A stretch of 64,000 bases of DNA. It comes from a virus. The notes beneath the pieces were generated by a model. It was not told the origin of the DNA. It made no database searches and saw nothing but the letters and a program-made list of their open reading frames with translations. Shown piece after piece: positions 11,011 through 22,346 of this stretch (positions are counted from its first letter, which is position 1; the number at the start of each line of letters is the position of its first letter). The position numbers and the translations under genes were made by a program. The stretch covers positions 43,007-107,006 of the IMG/VR virus record IMGVR_UViG_3300042868_011225, one strand, 5' to 3'.

Positions 11011-11884
11011 TAGATACCAAATAAATTTAAGTTCAATAAGTAGTGCCGCAACAGCGACTACTATAAACATACCTGTTAGTTTAGAAAGCCAAGAAATTGG
11101 TCAATCTGAACTAATTGACAAAATATTTGTTGACGTACAAGTTGAAAACGCAATCAATCCAATTTCTGATTATGATAAGGTTAGATTTTTACCTTTGGGT
11201 ACCAATAATAAACCTATTGTAACAATTTCATATAATTTAGATTTAACTGGGTCAACAGATTACAAAGCTATTGGTTTTGCTGATAATGATATAAAATATC
11301 TAAAAAGTTGTTTTAAAGAAAGCTTTGTTTATATGGCATTTTTTGATTCACCTAATCCAATGACACAAAGACTTATTAGTTATCAAACAATTTATTCTAA
11401 ATTAAATGATAATGATTTATTAGGTATTGAAAGTCAACAAATACAAATATATGGTTCAGTTATTGGTATACCTGGCCAACCAGTGCCAGCAAATGAAGTA
11501 AATTTACATTTTATTGTTAAAAATCCAATCCTAAAACCTTTAGGGTTTTCAGAAGGATATTATCTGTATGATTACAGAGATGAATTAAAAATTGGTGAAT
11601 CTAAGTATTTATATATGAGAGCTAGCTTCAAAAATGCTAAAACTGGTAAATCAACAAATTTAATGGTTGCCAACCCAGCATCACCTTTACAAATAGATAA
11701 AGTGGTTAATGAGTTATACACTAGATATATATTAACAAGAGATATTACAGGTTATTACTATAGAATAGATGAAACATACCATGGGAATTTAACTCCTTCT
11801 GGCAGTGTTGATACTAGTCCAAATAACGTATCACATGCTAGTAATGATGTGATTATAAATCTATATCAAATACAAGCACAATAA
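11000..11884 (+). CDS. Putative virion structural protein
   Basis: 294 aa ORF overlapping its neighbours in the tail operon. Confidence 0.6.
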   Translation: MFVNRYQINLSSISSAATATTINIPVSLESQEIGQSELIDKIFVDVQVENAINPISDYDKVRFLPLGTNNKPIVTISYNLDLTGSTDYKAIGFADNDIKYLKSCFKESFVYMAFFDSPNPMTQRLISYQTIYSKLNDNDLLGIESQQIQIYGSVIGIPGQPVPANEVNLHFIVKNPILKPLGFSEGYYLYDYRDELKIGESKYLYMRASFKNAKTGKSTNLMVANPASPLQIDKVVNELYTRYILTRDITGYYYRIDETYHGNLTPSGSVDTSPNNVSHASNDVIINLYQIQAQ

Positions 11885-12795
11885 TGGAATTAGTTAGAAA
11901 AACGATATTACTAGAAGATAGTACAGATAGAAGAGCTGTTGATTCAAATGGTAACCCTAATAAACAGTGGGGTAGAATGACAGCGACTACTTTTTACATA
12001 AATATTATGTTAACACAATCTATGGATAACATGGGTATTTTTGCAGATATGGAATTTTCAGCAAAAACTCAAAGTAGTTCAGTCCCTGATTATACAATTT
12101 TAAAACAAAAATTACTACCATTAAATGCAAGTTTTAATTTTATAAATGGTGATATAGTTACACTCAATCCGCTTAATCTAACAAGTAGGGAAATTGCAAC
12201 ATTAAGATTACCAAATAAAGGTGTAAGTCTTTATTATAATTATCCAGCCATTAACTCTTTAAATTTTAAAATTACGGGTTATACTGATAGTAAAATAGAA
12301 GACTTAAGGTCATATAAGGCTAGCAATCCTTTTCAAGTTGGTTTTGATATGGAAAGAGTTGAGTATTATAATTATGCCAACGCACTTGTTAAAGGTGTTA
12401 GCAGAATTCATTCAATGGCTGAACCTAGAATTTATGTATTTGATACACCTACTGGTGCAACCCTAGGTCAATCATCACAAATTAATGGATTGCAATATAT
12501 TGAGTATACAGGTAAAACTAGACAAGTAACATTAAATGGTTTAACAAGTGGAATTCCACTTACTCAATTTAGTTATGTTTGTGAAGGTATAAATATGAGA
12601 AATACTTCATTATCGGCAATAACAAAAGAAGAATATTTATTTGGTGTAATTTTTCAACCAGAAGTTAAAAGTGAAGTATTTATAGAAAGAGGTATAACTT
12701 CAGTTATGGACAAACATTTAAGGTTATCAGAAATAACAAATTTAAATGAATTTGCACGTTATGGTAATGGGTTATATACATTAAATAAACAATAA
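11884..12795 (+). CDS. Putative virion structural protein
   Basis: 303 aa ORF with TAATG coupling to the upstream gene. Confidence 0.6.
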   Translation: MELVRKTILLEDSTDRRAVDSNGNPNKQWGRMTATTFYINIMLTQSMDNMGIFADMEFSAKTQSSSVPDYTILKQKLLPLNASFNFINGDIVTLNPLNLTSREIATLRLPNKGVSLYYNYPAINSLNFKITGYTDSKIEDLRSYKASNPFQVGFDMERVEYYNYANALVKGVSRIHSMAEPRIYVFDTPTGATLGQSSQINGLQYIEYTGKTRQVTLNGLTSGIPLTQFSYVCEGINMRNTSLSAITKEEYLFGVIFQPEVKSEVFIERGITSVMDKHLRLSEITNLNEFARYGNGLYTLNKQ

Positions 12796-12818
12796 AAAAA
12801 AATTAATAAAAGAATAAA

Positions 12819-13745
12819 ATGGCAAATGGAACATACGGTATAGTAAGACCAGCAGATATAACACCAGAAGATGTAGAAATATTTTATCATTTTACTGCGT
12901 CTAGAGATAGTATTGGTAATGTAACGTTACAAAAATTATCACCAAGTAGTGATTATTTAATTAAAATTGATAACCCAAATAAAGTTCAATCACAAGTATC
13001 TGGTTTTGAAATTTTTGGTGGTATGTATACACTTAAACTACCTACAGATACATTTAATACCAAAGGTTTTTATACTATTATTATTAAACCAGTTGAAATT
13101 CGTACTAGGATTGTAGATGTAGGTGTGTTATCCGCATATCCAGACACCAAAGGTATTATATTTGACATTTCTAGTGTACCAACACAATTTACCAATAGAT
13201 TTGAAAATAATGGTTTGGTAGGTTATAGAATTGAATATATAAACAGCAATACATCAACAGCTGATGCGAAGATAAGTAATTTTTATAGAGTAATTACGTC
13301 TAATAACAGAGCAGAACCAGTTAATCAAAACTTAACTAACACGAGTCAAAAAGCCATACGTTATAGATTCAATGATAACTCTACACTTACATATTGTACT
13401 GTAACACCAAGTTCAGCAGCAAGTATCAACCCAAATGTATTTCCATTTATTGGACAACCAAATCAACAAGTCATTATTACCAATACATTTTTCAATCCTT
13501 TGATGATTGAAGTTGAAATGGTACAACATGATATTGAGACACTTGCATTTGCTATGTTTGGAAATCAATCAAAATCACTTGATGATGGAATTTATACTAT
13601 TTATAATTTTAATAATGATATTTATAAACAATACAACTTATACGAAATTAAAGACGTATATACTGGTACTCCGTTATTTGAAGTACGAGAAGAAAGAAAA
13701 AGTGTTGATTTTGATAAAGCATTTGATAAAGTAACAAAAATATAA
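12819..13745 (+). CDS. Putative virion structural protein
   Basis: 308 aa ORF in the tail operon, beta-rich composition. Confidence 0.6.
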   Translation: MANGTYGIVRPADITPEDVEIFYHFTASRDSIGNVTLQKLSPSSDYLIKIDNPNKVQSQVSGFEIFGGMYTLKLPTDTFNTKGFYTIIIKPVEIRTRIVDVGVLSAYPDTKGIIFDISSVPTQFTNRFENNGLVGYRIEYINSNTSTADAKISNFYRVITSNNRAEPVNQNLTNTSQKAIRYRFNDNSTLTYCTVTPSSAASINPNVFPFIGQPNQQVIITNTFFNPLMIEVEMVQHDIETLAFAMFGNQSKSLDDGIYTIYNFNNDIYKQYNLYEIKDVYTGTPLFEVREERKSVDFDKAFDKVTKI

Positions 13746-13754
13746 TTATAAATA

Positions 13755-16451
13755 ATGAGTGATAACCCTAGAGTTAGAGTAATACCTGGTTATGCAAAAA
13801 GAGAGCTTTTTGGTAATGGTATCGAATATAGAAATTTTAGTCCTGACCTAGTTGGTTTACAAATAGCCAGCGAAGGTGGTACTCCATTGTTTACAATGGG
13901 TAATTTCAATATTACCACAAATATGGACCCAAAAAGTGATAAATTTTTTATCACAAAGAAATTTTCTAATTTTATATCTTTAACTGATTTAGATTTAACT
14001 CTTGCTGATGCAAATAAGTTACTTACAGATAATGCAGGTGTTCTTCTTAACTTAGATAAAACTAACCTAAAATATAATGCTCAATTTGGTTCTTTAAGTG
14101 AATTTATTAGGATTTCATTAGAAAACATAATAACAAATTGGCCAGCATCTTTATATGTTACAAATTTTGCTTTAGATGCTACCAATAATTCAATAATTGG
14201 TAACACTTACGATAGTTACAAATACGATAATTTTAGTGATACCGCTTTTTTTAGAGTTAATACAACCTTCATCGTCAATAGATATCAATTAAATATACTT
14301 AAAAATGGTAGTATATTAGATACTTTTAATGCTGGTAATAATCTAAGAAATGTAACAGCTAATTATGCAGCTTATGCTGTTTTAATAAACAATACCGAGT
14401 ATTCAGTATTGAATTTTACTGGTGCAACATATTCTACAAATGATTATGTATATTTTAGTGTTAAAGGTGACCCATTTTCAGGTATTTCAACATCTAATAT
14501 TTCATATCATATAAAACCCAATAAAATTAAAGAAGAAACATTTTTTAATGAACTACCAGATTTTGAAGCTAATTTATTAAATAGGTTAGTAATGCCTAAA
14601 TATACTTCAAAATTTAATTATTCAATTAAATCTGATGGTGGTGTTGTTGTATATGCTTCTGATTCGGTAACTTGGCCAACTAGTGATGGTTATAATATTG
14701 ATTTTGATACCAGCAGTTATGTTGATTATGCAACACAATTATTAAATATAGCAACAAATAACGATTTATCTACTAGTGATTTAATGAATAGAGTTTTGGT
14801 ATCTGATTCGATATCATCATTTGATACTGCTCCAATGAATTTATATGATTTGGACCAAGATTCAACTGGGCAAAAAGTAACTAAAACATTAAGAATATAT
14901 GGTAGAAATTTTGATGAAATAAATAATTTTATTGAAGGAATTTCATTTGCAAATACAGTTTCTTATAATAAATTAAATAATATCCCAGATATTTACGTTA
15001 AAAACTTAGCTAGAGTTCTAGGATGGGAATTAATGACATCAGTGGTTGAAAATGGTTTATTGGCTAGTTATGTTAAAACTGCTAAATCTACATATGAAGG
15101 GCAATCAGTTGGTTTAACACCAGTTGAAGCTGATATTGAATTATGGAGAAGACTTATATTAAATTCACCATGGTTATGGAAATCAAAAGGTGCCCGTAAA
15201 TCAATAGAATTTTTACTTAAATTCATTGGTGCACCAGGAGGTTTAGTTACATTTAATGAATATATCTATAAAGCAGAAGCACCAATAGATATTGATTTAT
15301 TTAAAATTGCTTTGGATTTAAATGGTTTAGATAACACAGATTTATCAATATATCCTATTGATGGAGATGGTTATCCTTACCCGTTGGCTGATACTGGTTC
15401 TCTTTATTATCAAAACTACGGTCTTTGGTTTAGAGAAACAGGTGGTGCTAATTCAACACAGGATATCCTTACAGGTAATAATCCTCACTTAGGGCCATAT
15501 GACGGTGGGTTTGCATATATTAATCAATTTAAAGGGTTAATACCTAATTTTTCTGCAGTTACACTTACTGCAGAAACAATAACAACTGGTACAACTGCTT
15601 TATTTACAAATTATGACATTGGTACTATTACTAATTATACTGGACCATTATATGTTGATACAATGAATGATGATGGTACTGATATTGGTAACTGTCTTAT
15701 TGTAACAAGCACAATTATACCAGACCCAATGCCACAACCATTAGTATCTGATTGTGGGTGCAGCAATCCTGACGATGATGATGCGTTAAGTATATGCGTC
15801 AAAATTATAGCTGGGGAAGAAACTGCAAATTGTGAAAATGTGGCTGGAATAAAAGAAAGTCCCTTGGGTTATAATTATTTTATATATTATAGTTATAATA
15901 CAGAAGGTGATTTTATATATGATGGTGACGGTAATCCATCGACATATCAAAGTATTTATGCAACTAAAGAATGTTGTAAAGCAAAAGGTGGGATACCAAC
16001 TATTTATAGTACAATGAATGACGATGGTAAACTATCAAATACTGGTTATGTGTGTTGTCGTGTAGGTGACATAAAAGGAAGTGTATGTGGTTGTAATGTA
16101 GCGTGTAAATGGAAGTTAGTATTTGACCCAATAATATTAAGTGGTGTTAAATATTTAGAGTTTATAAAACCTGATGGTAGTCTAGGTATTACCACTCCAG
16201 ATGGGTCACATTGTCCAGGTGTACCATCAGTAGCGTTCTTAACTGAATTAGCACCTAATATAACAGACCCGTATACTGGTGAAGTAGGGGTTGCATGTAG
16301 ATTAACCCAAGATGGTTTACAAGATTTAGCACAAGGTAATTTTGGTACCATGGCTATATGGATTAAACAAAAAATAGAAGGTAAAGTTAAGTGTTGCGAT
16401 GTTGATATGGAAACATATTTGAAATATGCTGAAGCAATAGGTCTTAAATAA
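13755..16451 (+). CDS. Baseplate wedge protein with P2 gpI/tail-I-like segment and Cys-rich C-terminus
   Basis: LARVLGW...ELWRRLILNSPWLWKSKG.RKSIEFLLKFIG resembles the tail protein I motif. Confidence 0.65.
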   Translation: MSDNPRVRVIPGYAKRELFGNGIEYRNFSPDLVGLQIASEGGTPLFTMGNFNITTNMDPKSDKFFITKKFSNFISLTDLDLTLADANKLLTDNAGVLLNLDKTNLKYNAQFGSLSEFIRISLENIITNWPASLYVTNFALDATNNSIIGNTYDSYKYDNFSDTAFFRVNTTFIVNRYQLNILKNGSILDTFNAGNNLRNVTANYAAYAVLINNTEYSVLNFTGATYSTNDYVYFSVKGDPFSGISTSNISYHIKPNKIKEETFFNELPDFEANLLNRLVMPKYTSKFNYSIKSDGGVVVYASDSVTWPTSDGYNIDFDTSSYVDYATQLLNIATNNDLSTSDLMNRVLVSDSISSFDTAPMNLYDLDQDSTGQKVTKTLRIYGRNFDEINNFIEGISFANTVSYNKLNNIPDIYVKNLARVLGWELMTSVVENGLLASYVKTAKSTYEGQSVGLTPVEADIELWRRLILNSPWLWKSKGARKSIEFLLKFIGAPGGLVTFNEYIYKAEAPIDIDLFKIALDLNGLDNTDLSIYPIDGDGYPYPLADTGSLYYQNYGLWFRETGGANSTQDILTGNNPHLGPYDGGFAYINQFKGLIPNFSAVTLTAETITTGTTALFTNYDIGTITNYTGPLYVDTMNDDGTDIGNCLIVTSTIIPDPMPQPLVSDCGCSNPDDDDALSICVKIIAGEETANCENVAGIKESPLGYNYFIYYSYNTEGDFIYDGDGNPSTYQSIYATKECCKAKGGIPTIYSTMNDDGKLSNTGYVCCRVGDIKGSVCGCNVACKWKLVFDPIILSGVKYLEFIKPDGSLGITTPDGSHCPGVPSVAFLTELAPNITDPYTGEVGVACRLTQDGLQDLAQGNFGTMAIWIKQKIEGKVKCCDVDMETYLKYAEAIGLK

Positions 16452-16480
16452 AAAAGATAAAATAAAAATAAATATAAATA

Positions 16481-19400
16481 ATGGCGGATATAAAAGCGGT
16501 AGCAGACATAAGAATAGCTAAATGTCTTACTAAAGATGAAATAGCAAAAACCACTGATGGAAAGGGTTTAGTATTAAATTCTGATGGAACAGTCAGTGTG
16601 TACTATAATAACCCTGACTTGGGGTTATATCCTGTGCAACTAACTCTTGAATGCTGTAAACTATTAGACCCTACTTATACTTTTGATATAAACACTCAAA
16701 CATGTAGATGGGGAAAACCAAAAAATACATGTGGTTTTAGTGAACCTATTAATCTTATTATTAACCCTAAAGAAAATGATGGGACATTATTTTTTATTGA
16801 TGATTTCCAAAAAGAAAAATGTGATTTAAAAATTAGTTTTGATTACTTATTAAAAATTAAATGTGAAGATTTATTAAATATTGCTAACCCAACAGTAGTG
16901 ACCTATCTTAGAGAAGAAACTAAAACAACTATAGTTAAAACACAAATGGAGATTGAATCTATCAATGCAGATATAGAAACACTTACCAGTGAGATTGTTA
17001 AACTTAATGAAGAATATTTAGGTACACCATATTCCTTGGAATGTGCTCAATTTCCTGTGGTAATAACAACACCTGACCCAGTAAATTGTCAAGTATCAGC
17101 ATGGAGTCCATTTTCTACATGTGTAAATGGTTTCCAAACACAAACTAGAACAATAATAACACAACCTGCTAATGGTGGTACACCATGTCCAGTACTAACT
17201 CAAACACAATCATGTACAGTTGTTGAAACAACTTGTGTACGACCAACTACAACACGAATAAATATTTATACAACAATAAATGGTGTTAATATAACTAATA
17301 GTGCTACATTAGCATGTGCAGCAGCAGCAGGAAATATATCCTCTAATTCTGGACAATCAGTAGAGGTAACTAATCTTGTGGATGGTGGGTATATGTATGC
17401 GATTAATGGAACTAATGATTGTACGTTTTTTTCTAATGGTTTTTATGTTGTGTTTATAGGAGCTACACGAAAAGCAATTCAAATAACAAATGGTGTAATT
17501 ACTATACTTAATTGTACGATAGATACATCAAGAACAACTACAACAACCAAAGCTGCAGCTTTTGATAAATCTGGTTTTAGTGAAATGGCAACTGACCTTA
17601 CAGCGAATTTAGATGTTTATCAAAAAGGTTCAACAACAACATACATATATGTTAATTACTGTTTAACTGACTTGGGTTTACAAGTTTGGGAAGGTATATT
17701 AAATGCTAGTGGTGGAAGCTACCAAGGTTTTATACTAGGTAATCCTAATTCATATACATGTGCTGACGTTATTGCTTTAGCAAATCAAAAAAATGCTGCT
17801 GACTTATTTAGAGATTGTAAAGTCCCTTTTGGAACCAAATCAGAAATATTGGTTCAAATAAATGAATTAATGTCGCAGTTAAATACATTGCAAACACAAT
17901 TAACTACATTAAATGGTGAACTTGTTATATTGAGAGAAACTTTTGAAATACAATCAACTTCAACAAAAGGTTGTACATCAATGATTGATGCTTTAGAATC
18001 ACTAGATGTAGAAATGCATTTAGATATTGTAAATGCCGATAATTCACTTACTAGTGTATTTTCAGCAGCAACATTCCAAGCAATTGATTCAACAACCAAT
18101 TTATATGATTATTTAATAAATAATCCTAACAGTGGTTTTTATATTTGTGGTGACCCTTCAAAAGATAATGTTGGTCTATCTAATTGTACTACTCTATCTT
18201 TAGATGAGGATGTTGAACCAAATGTTGATAGTTGTAATTCAATAGTTGAAGATTTGATTGATGCTTTAAGTTCAGTACCTGGTGCGGATATAAATAATAT
18301 TCCGTATAATGCTTTTGCTTCTCAATGGTTAACTTATTCAACAGTTATTAGCGACCCAAAAATAATAGGTTTAATAACGAATAAAAAAATAAAAATTAGT
18401 TTTAAGATTAATTTTTCATGTGTTGATTTTTGTCTATTATTAGATAATTTAGTATTGGATAAATCATGTAGAAGTGTTGACAGAAACGACATAACAATAT
18501 CACAAAATCCAGGATTTGATTTACAAAGAGTAATCGATAATAAAAAATCATGGATAGACAACACATCACCAACCAACAGAGAGTTCCTTATTTCAAAAAG
18601 CAACGGAAACAATCCTATTAGACAAACTGATTATGATGTAAATGATGAAAGACTTGTAATCAACTCAAAAGAAATTGATTTGGACATATGTGTTGCTTCA
18701 GCTATAGAAACTGACGTATGGTGTTATTTAAATGACAATCCATGTGCTTTGACAGATGAATGTACTAGTACAATAGCTAGCACAGACAATAATCCATATA
18801 TAGATGGGCAAACAATAGTATTCTCAGGAACACCTATAACAATAGCTGATTGTACTGATTATAATGGTATATTAGCAAATACAATGGCTGAGTTTATTCA
18901 AACGACTGAGTGTGGTACTATTTTACGTTTTAAATTTAAAACAACAGCAGGATTCCCACCAGCTTTAATTGTTTATTATTATTGGTTAGTGCAACAACCT
19001 AATGGTGATGTAGAATTTTATTTTCAAAATTCTACAACATTTACCAACCTATCTAACGTATATCAAAATGGTAGAGAGTGTTGTGAGTATTTAAATATAG
19101 ACTTAAAAACCTATAATAAAGCTGCTAGCCAACCTGATGACTTTGAAGTTTATTGGGATGAGGATTGTCAAAGATGTAAAGTTCAAAAAGCTAAATGTGG
19201 GGATGTTAATTTAAATTTACATACACTTGTTACAGAACCTATTTCAGGTGTTACAACAGTTGAACAATTTGAAAATCTTATGACTGGTCAATTTATTGAT
19301 GCTAAAAACAGACAAACAATATCATCATATCCAACACTTAGAGCAATTTATGAAAGATATTTAAATAGTTCAGAGCATTGTAGTACAGTTAGTTCAGCAT

Positions 19401-21763
19401 TTGATTATCAAAATATGGATAGATTTTCTAATCTAATTGGAAACTATTGGATTGATTTGATTGAACAAGTAGTTCCATCAACAACTATTTGGGGTAGTGT
19501 TAAAATATATACAAACACAATATTTGATGAGCAAAAATTCAAATATAAATCATACAGTACTTTATTATGTAACAACCCATTTATTGGTGAACACGTATTG
19601 AGTCCAATCAATGGAGTTAATGGTTTATCTCAAGGGGTTAATGTTATATCTACGGATTTAAGGGGTAGTAAAAAAGATACCCCTGATTGGTATACGTCTA
19701 ATTCTGCTGGTGAACTAGTATTGTTACCAGCATCAGAACGACCTACACAAGCAATACCAAGCGGTATTGTTTTAGATGAAATTAGACCTAGACCAAGAAT
19801 TAAGAATCCTGTAAAAGTATGTAATAATATGTATATTGCACAAATGAATTCTGGTTCAGAATTTATAAGTTATTTTAATATACCACAACCAATAATTGTA
19901 GACCCTGAAGAGCCAGTACCATGTGTTTATTGTACTGATAAAAATATTGATTTATTAAGTCAACAGCGTAATTTAGGTTACATGGTTAATAGTTCAAACA
20001 ATACTAAGGTATATGTTATTGATTTTGGTGGTGAGGTTTTAGTTATTGACACATTAACAAATACTATTACTAATACAATAACAGGACTTGGATATGGTAC
20101 TCCTTATATGGTGTGTCACCCAACAAATAATAAATTATACGTTATTAATAACAATAATGGTACGGTTATAGTAATTAATACCCTTACTAACACAGTAATA
20201 GGTTCACCTATTACTGTAGGAAGTTATCCTAGGACAGGTATGTATGTAACATATAATAATTACATTTACGTTACAAATTCACAGGACGATAATGTTAGTG
20301 TTATTAACACAGCAACTGATTCAGTAATTGCAACAATTCCTGTAGGTATTGGTCCAGATAAAATGGTTTATAATTCTGATTTAAGGTTATTATATGTTAT
20401 AAATACAGGAGGTGACGGGGTTAATGAAACAATAACTGTTATTGATGTAGTAACTAATTTAGTTATTACAACAATATTAACAGGAGGCGTAGGGTTTATG
20501 AATACTTTATCGGCTATTTATGTAGCATACAATCAACATTTGTATGTTTATAATAAACTTGAAGGTAGAATATTTGTAATTGATACAACTACTAATAATA
20601 TTATTAACACAATAAATGTTGCTGATATTACCTCAGATGAATTTATTTATAACCCATCAAATAAAAATTTATATTTAACTGGTGGAGATGATTTGTATGT
20701 TATCAATACAGTAAATGATACAATATTAACTACACTAAATGTAGGTGGTTCGGGTGGTGTTTATGCACCATCAAACAATAATGTTTATATTGGTTATGGA
20801 GAATTAACGAGAGTAGATAATTCAAATACAATTATTGAGGTTAAAACTTTATATCCTAAAGCTGTATATGGTATATTTAACCCTAGTAACGAATCAATTT
20901 ATGTTTCTGGTCAATTTGGTATCAACATAATTTGTGTTGGTGATAAACCTACATCACAAACAAATATAACAGAGTGTACTTTAGAGGTTGCAATTATTAA
21001 TAACGGTGATAATAACGGTCAGATACTTTTAGTTGCACAAACAGTTGGTGGAACTTTACCATTCACATATACGTGGAGTAATGGAGCAACAACAAGAGAA
21101 ATATTAGTAAATGACCCAAAAGATTATAGTGTCGTAGTAACTGATGCAAATTGTTGTGGAGCATCTGCTATATATAGGGATTTACAACCTAAAAAAGCGT
21201 GTTGGTATACAATGCCAGAAAATGGTGTACAACTTATGGTAACATATATGTGCCAAATACTTCCTAGTGACGAGAATACACAAATCCGAATTGATAGTTT
21301 AAGAGTAAATGATAGTGATGATTACATAGGAAGTGATGCACCATATATATCTTTAAATGCTGAAAATTTAGTGTGGATAGATGCAAACACAACGAATTAT
21401 TTAGGATGTGACTCTGCTAGACCTGCTAAAACATATACTAATTTTGTTACATTCTTAAATGCACTTTTCCTTCAGTATGGTCTAACAGGTTATAAAGCTC
21501 AAAATTCATTGATAGATAAACCATATGGTGACCTATTAATATCAAATAATGCAAGTTGTGGTATGTATATAATAAGCCCAATTAATGATACGTTTAGCAT
21601 TAAAATAACAACAAAAAGTGCCGCACAAGGTCAAACAACCATGACATATACTCATGATACTGTATATGATGAAAATGATAACCCATGGATGTATGGTCTG
21701 TATAAAAATATTATATGTGACGGAATAAATTACAATGCGGCAACAAATAGCGTTATTGAATAA
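16481..21763 (+). CDS. Large mosaic tail/receptor-binding protein (TSP1-like domain, YVTN beta-propeller, SprB-like repeat)
   Basis: CQVSAWSPFSTC...QTRTI...P.NGGTPCP.L...C at 17081-17215; YVTN/YVIN...VID repeats at about 19970-20940; GGTLPFTYTWSNGATT repeat. Confidence 0.75.
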   Translation: MADIKAVADIRIAKCLTKDEIAKTTDGKGLVLNSDGTVSVYYNNPDLGLYPVQLTLECCKLLDPTYTFDINTQTCRWGKPKNTCGFSEPINLIINPKENDGTLFFIDDFQKEKCDLKISFDYLLKIKCEDLLNIANPTVVTYLREETKTTIVKTQMEIESINADIETLTSEIVKLNEEYLGTPYSLECAQFPVVITTPDPVNCQVSAWSPFSTCVNGFQTQTRTIITQPANGGTPCPVLTQTQSCTVVETTCVRPTTTRINIYTTINGVNITNSATLACAAAAGNISSNSGQSVEVTNLVDGGYMYAINGTNDCTFFSNGFYVVFIGATRKAIQITNGVITILNCTIDTSRTTTTTKAAAFDKSGFSEMATDLTANLDVYQKGSTTTYIYVNYCLTDLGLQVWEGILNASGGSYQGFILGNPNSYTCADVIALANQKNAADLFRDCKVPFGTKSEILVQINELMSQLNTLQTQLTTLNGELVILRETFEIQSTSTKGCTSMIDALESLDVEMHLDIVNADNSLTSVFSAATFQAIDSTTNLYDYLINNPNSGFYICGDPSKDNVGLSNCTTLSLDEDVEPNVDSCNSIVEDLIDALSSVPGADINNIPYNAFASQWLTYSTVISDPKIIGLITNKKIKISFKINFSCVDFCLLLDNLVLDKSCRSVDRNDITISQNPGFDLQRVIDNKKSWIDNTSPTNREFLISKSNGNNPIRQTDYDVNDERLVINSKEIDLDICVASAIETDVWCYLNDNPCALTDECTSTIASTDNNPYIDGQTIVFSGTPITIADCTDYNGILANTMAEFIQTTECGTILRFKFKTTAGFPPALIVYYYWLVQQPNGDVEFYFQNSTTFTNLSNVYQNGRECCEYLNIDLKTYNKAASQPDDFEVYWDEDCQRCKVQKAKCGDVNLNLHTLVTEPISGVTTVEQFENLMTGQFIDAKNRQTISSYPTLRAIYERYLNSSEHCSTVSSAFDYQNMDRFSNLIGNYWIDLIEQVVPSTTIWGSVKIYTNTIFDEQKFKYKSYSTLLCNNPFIGEHVLSPINGVNGLSQGVNVISTDLRGSKKDTPDWYTSNSAGELVLLPASERPTQAIPSGIVLDEIRPRPRIKNPVKVCNNMYIAQMNSGSEFISYFNIPQPIIVDPEEPVPCVYCTDKNIDLLSQQRNLGYMVNSSNNTKVYVIDFGGEVLVIDTLTNTITNTITGLGYGTPYMVCHPTNNKLYVINNNNGTVIVINTLTNTVIGSPITVGSYPRTGMYVTYNNYIYVTNSQDDNVSVINTATDSVIATIPVGIGPDKMVYNSDLRLLYVINTGGDGVNETITVIDVVTNLVITTILTGGVGFMNTLSAIYVAYNQHLYVYNKLEGRIFVIDTTTNNIINTINVADITSDEFIYNPSNKNLYLTGGDDLYVINTVNDTILTTLNVGGSGGVYAPSNNNVYIGYGELTRVDNSNTIIEVKTLYPKAVYGIFNPSNESIYVSGQFGINIICVGDKPTSQTNITECTLEVAIINNGDNNGQILLVAQTVGGTLPFTYTWSNGATTREILVNDPKDYSVVVTDANCCGASAIYRDLQPKKACWYTMPENGVQLMVTYMCQILPSDENTQIRIDSLRVNDSDDYIGSDAPYISLNAENLVWIDANTTNYLGCDSARPAKTYTNFVTFLNALFLQYGLTGYKAQNSLIDKPYGDLLISNNASCGMYIISPINDTFSIKITTKSAAQGQTTMTYTHDTVYDENDNPWMYGLYKNIICDGINYNAATNSVIE

Positions 21764-21764
21764 T

Positions 21765-22088
21765 ATGAAGACAATATCATACAAAAATAGGGAACGATTA
21801 GTTAGAGGTCAATTGCAAGATTTTAATGACCTGCCAGAATTTGCTAAAGAAAATTTTATAAAAATAAAAAAATTTTTTGACGAATACTATGGCAAATCAG
21901 TTGATGTATATGTTTGGGGTAGTTTCCATCATGGTTTTTGGGATGAATTTTCTGATTATGATGTACTTATATATGAAAGTAACAATAGTGTTAATTTCAC
22001 GGGGTTAATTCAAAACGCTTTAGGTATTAAAGTTGATGTTTTAATTCAAAAAATAAAATTGGATTATTATAAAATCTTAATCCCTTAA
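21765..22088 (+). CDS. Minimal nucleotidyltransferase (MNT/Pol-beta superfamily)
   Basis: VYVWGS......SDYDVLI motif and a downstream KVDV aspartate; start reassigned to the ATG at 21765. Confidence 0.8.
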   Translation: MKTISYKNRERLVRGQLQDFNDLPEFAKENFIKIKKFFDEYYGKSVDVYVWGSFHHGFWDEFSDYDVLIYESNNSVNFTGLIQNALGIKVDVLIQKIKLDYYKILIP

Positions 22089-22103
22089 CTAATATTTATA
22101 GAT

Positions 22104-22346
22104 ATGCCACAATTAATTAAAAACATACAAGCAAGTGTAAAGCCATATTTTATAGGGAACGTCTATTGTATAACAAATATAATAGGACAAATTCAGCAAG
22201 AGGATTATATCAATTTACGTGGTTATACTGCGTATTTACAAAACCTTATGCAAACAGAAGATACTCAATCTATTATCAGTCCATTAAGTTATGGGTTAAA
22301 AAATTTAGATAATATAGATATGCTTACATTACAAATAGACTACTAA
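22104..22346 (+). CDS. Hypothetical protein
   Basis: 80 aa ORF after a TATTTATA motif, coupled to the next gene. Confidence 0.6.
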   Translation: MPQLIKNIQASVKPYFIGNVYCITNIIGQIQQEDYINLRGYTAYLQNLMQTEDTQSIISPLSYGLKNLDNIDMLTLQIDY

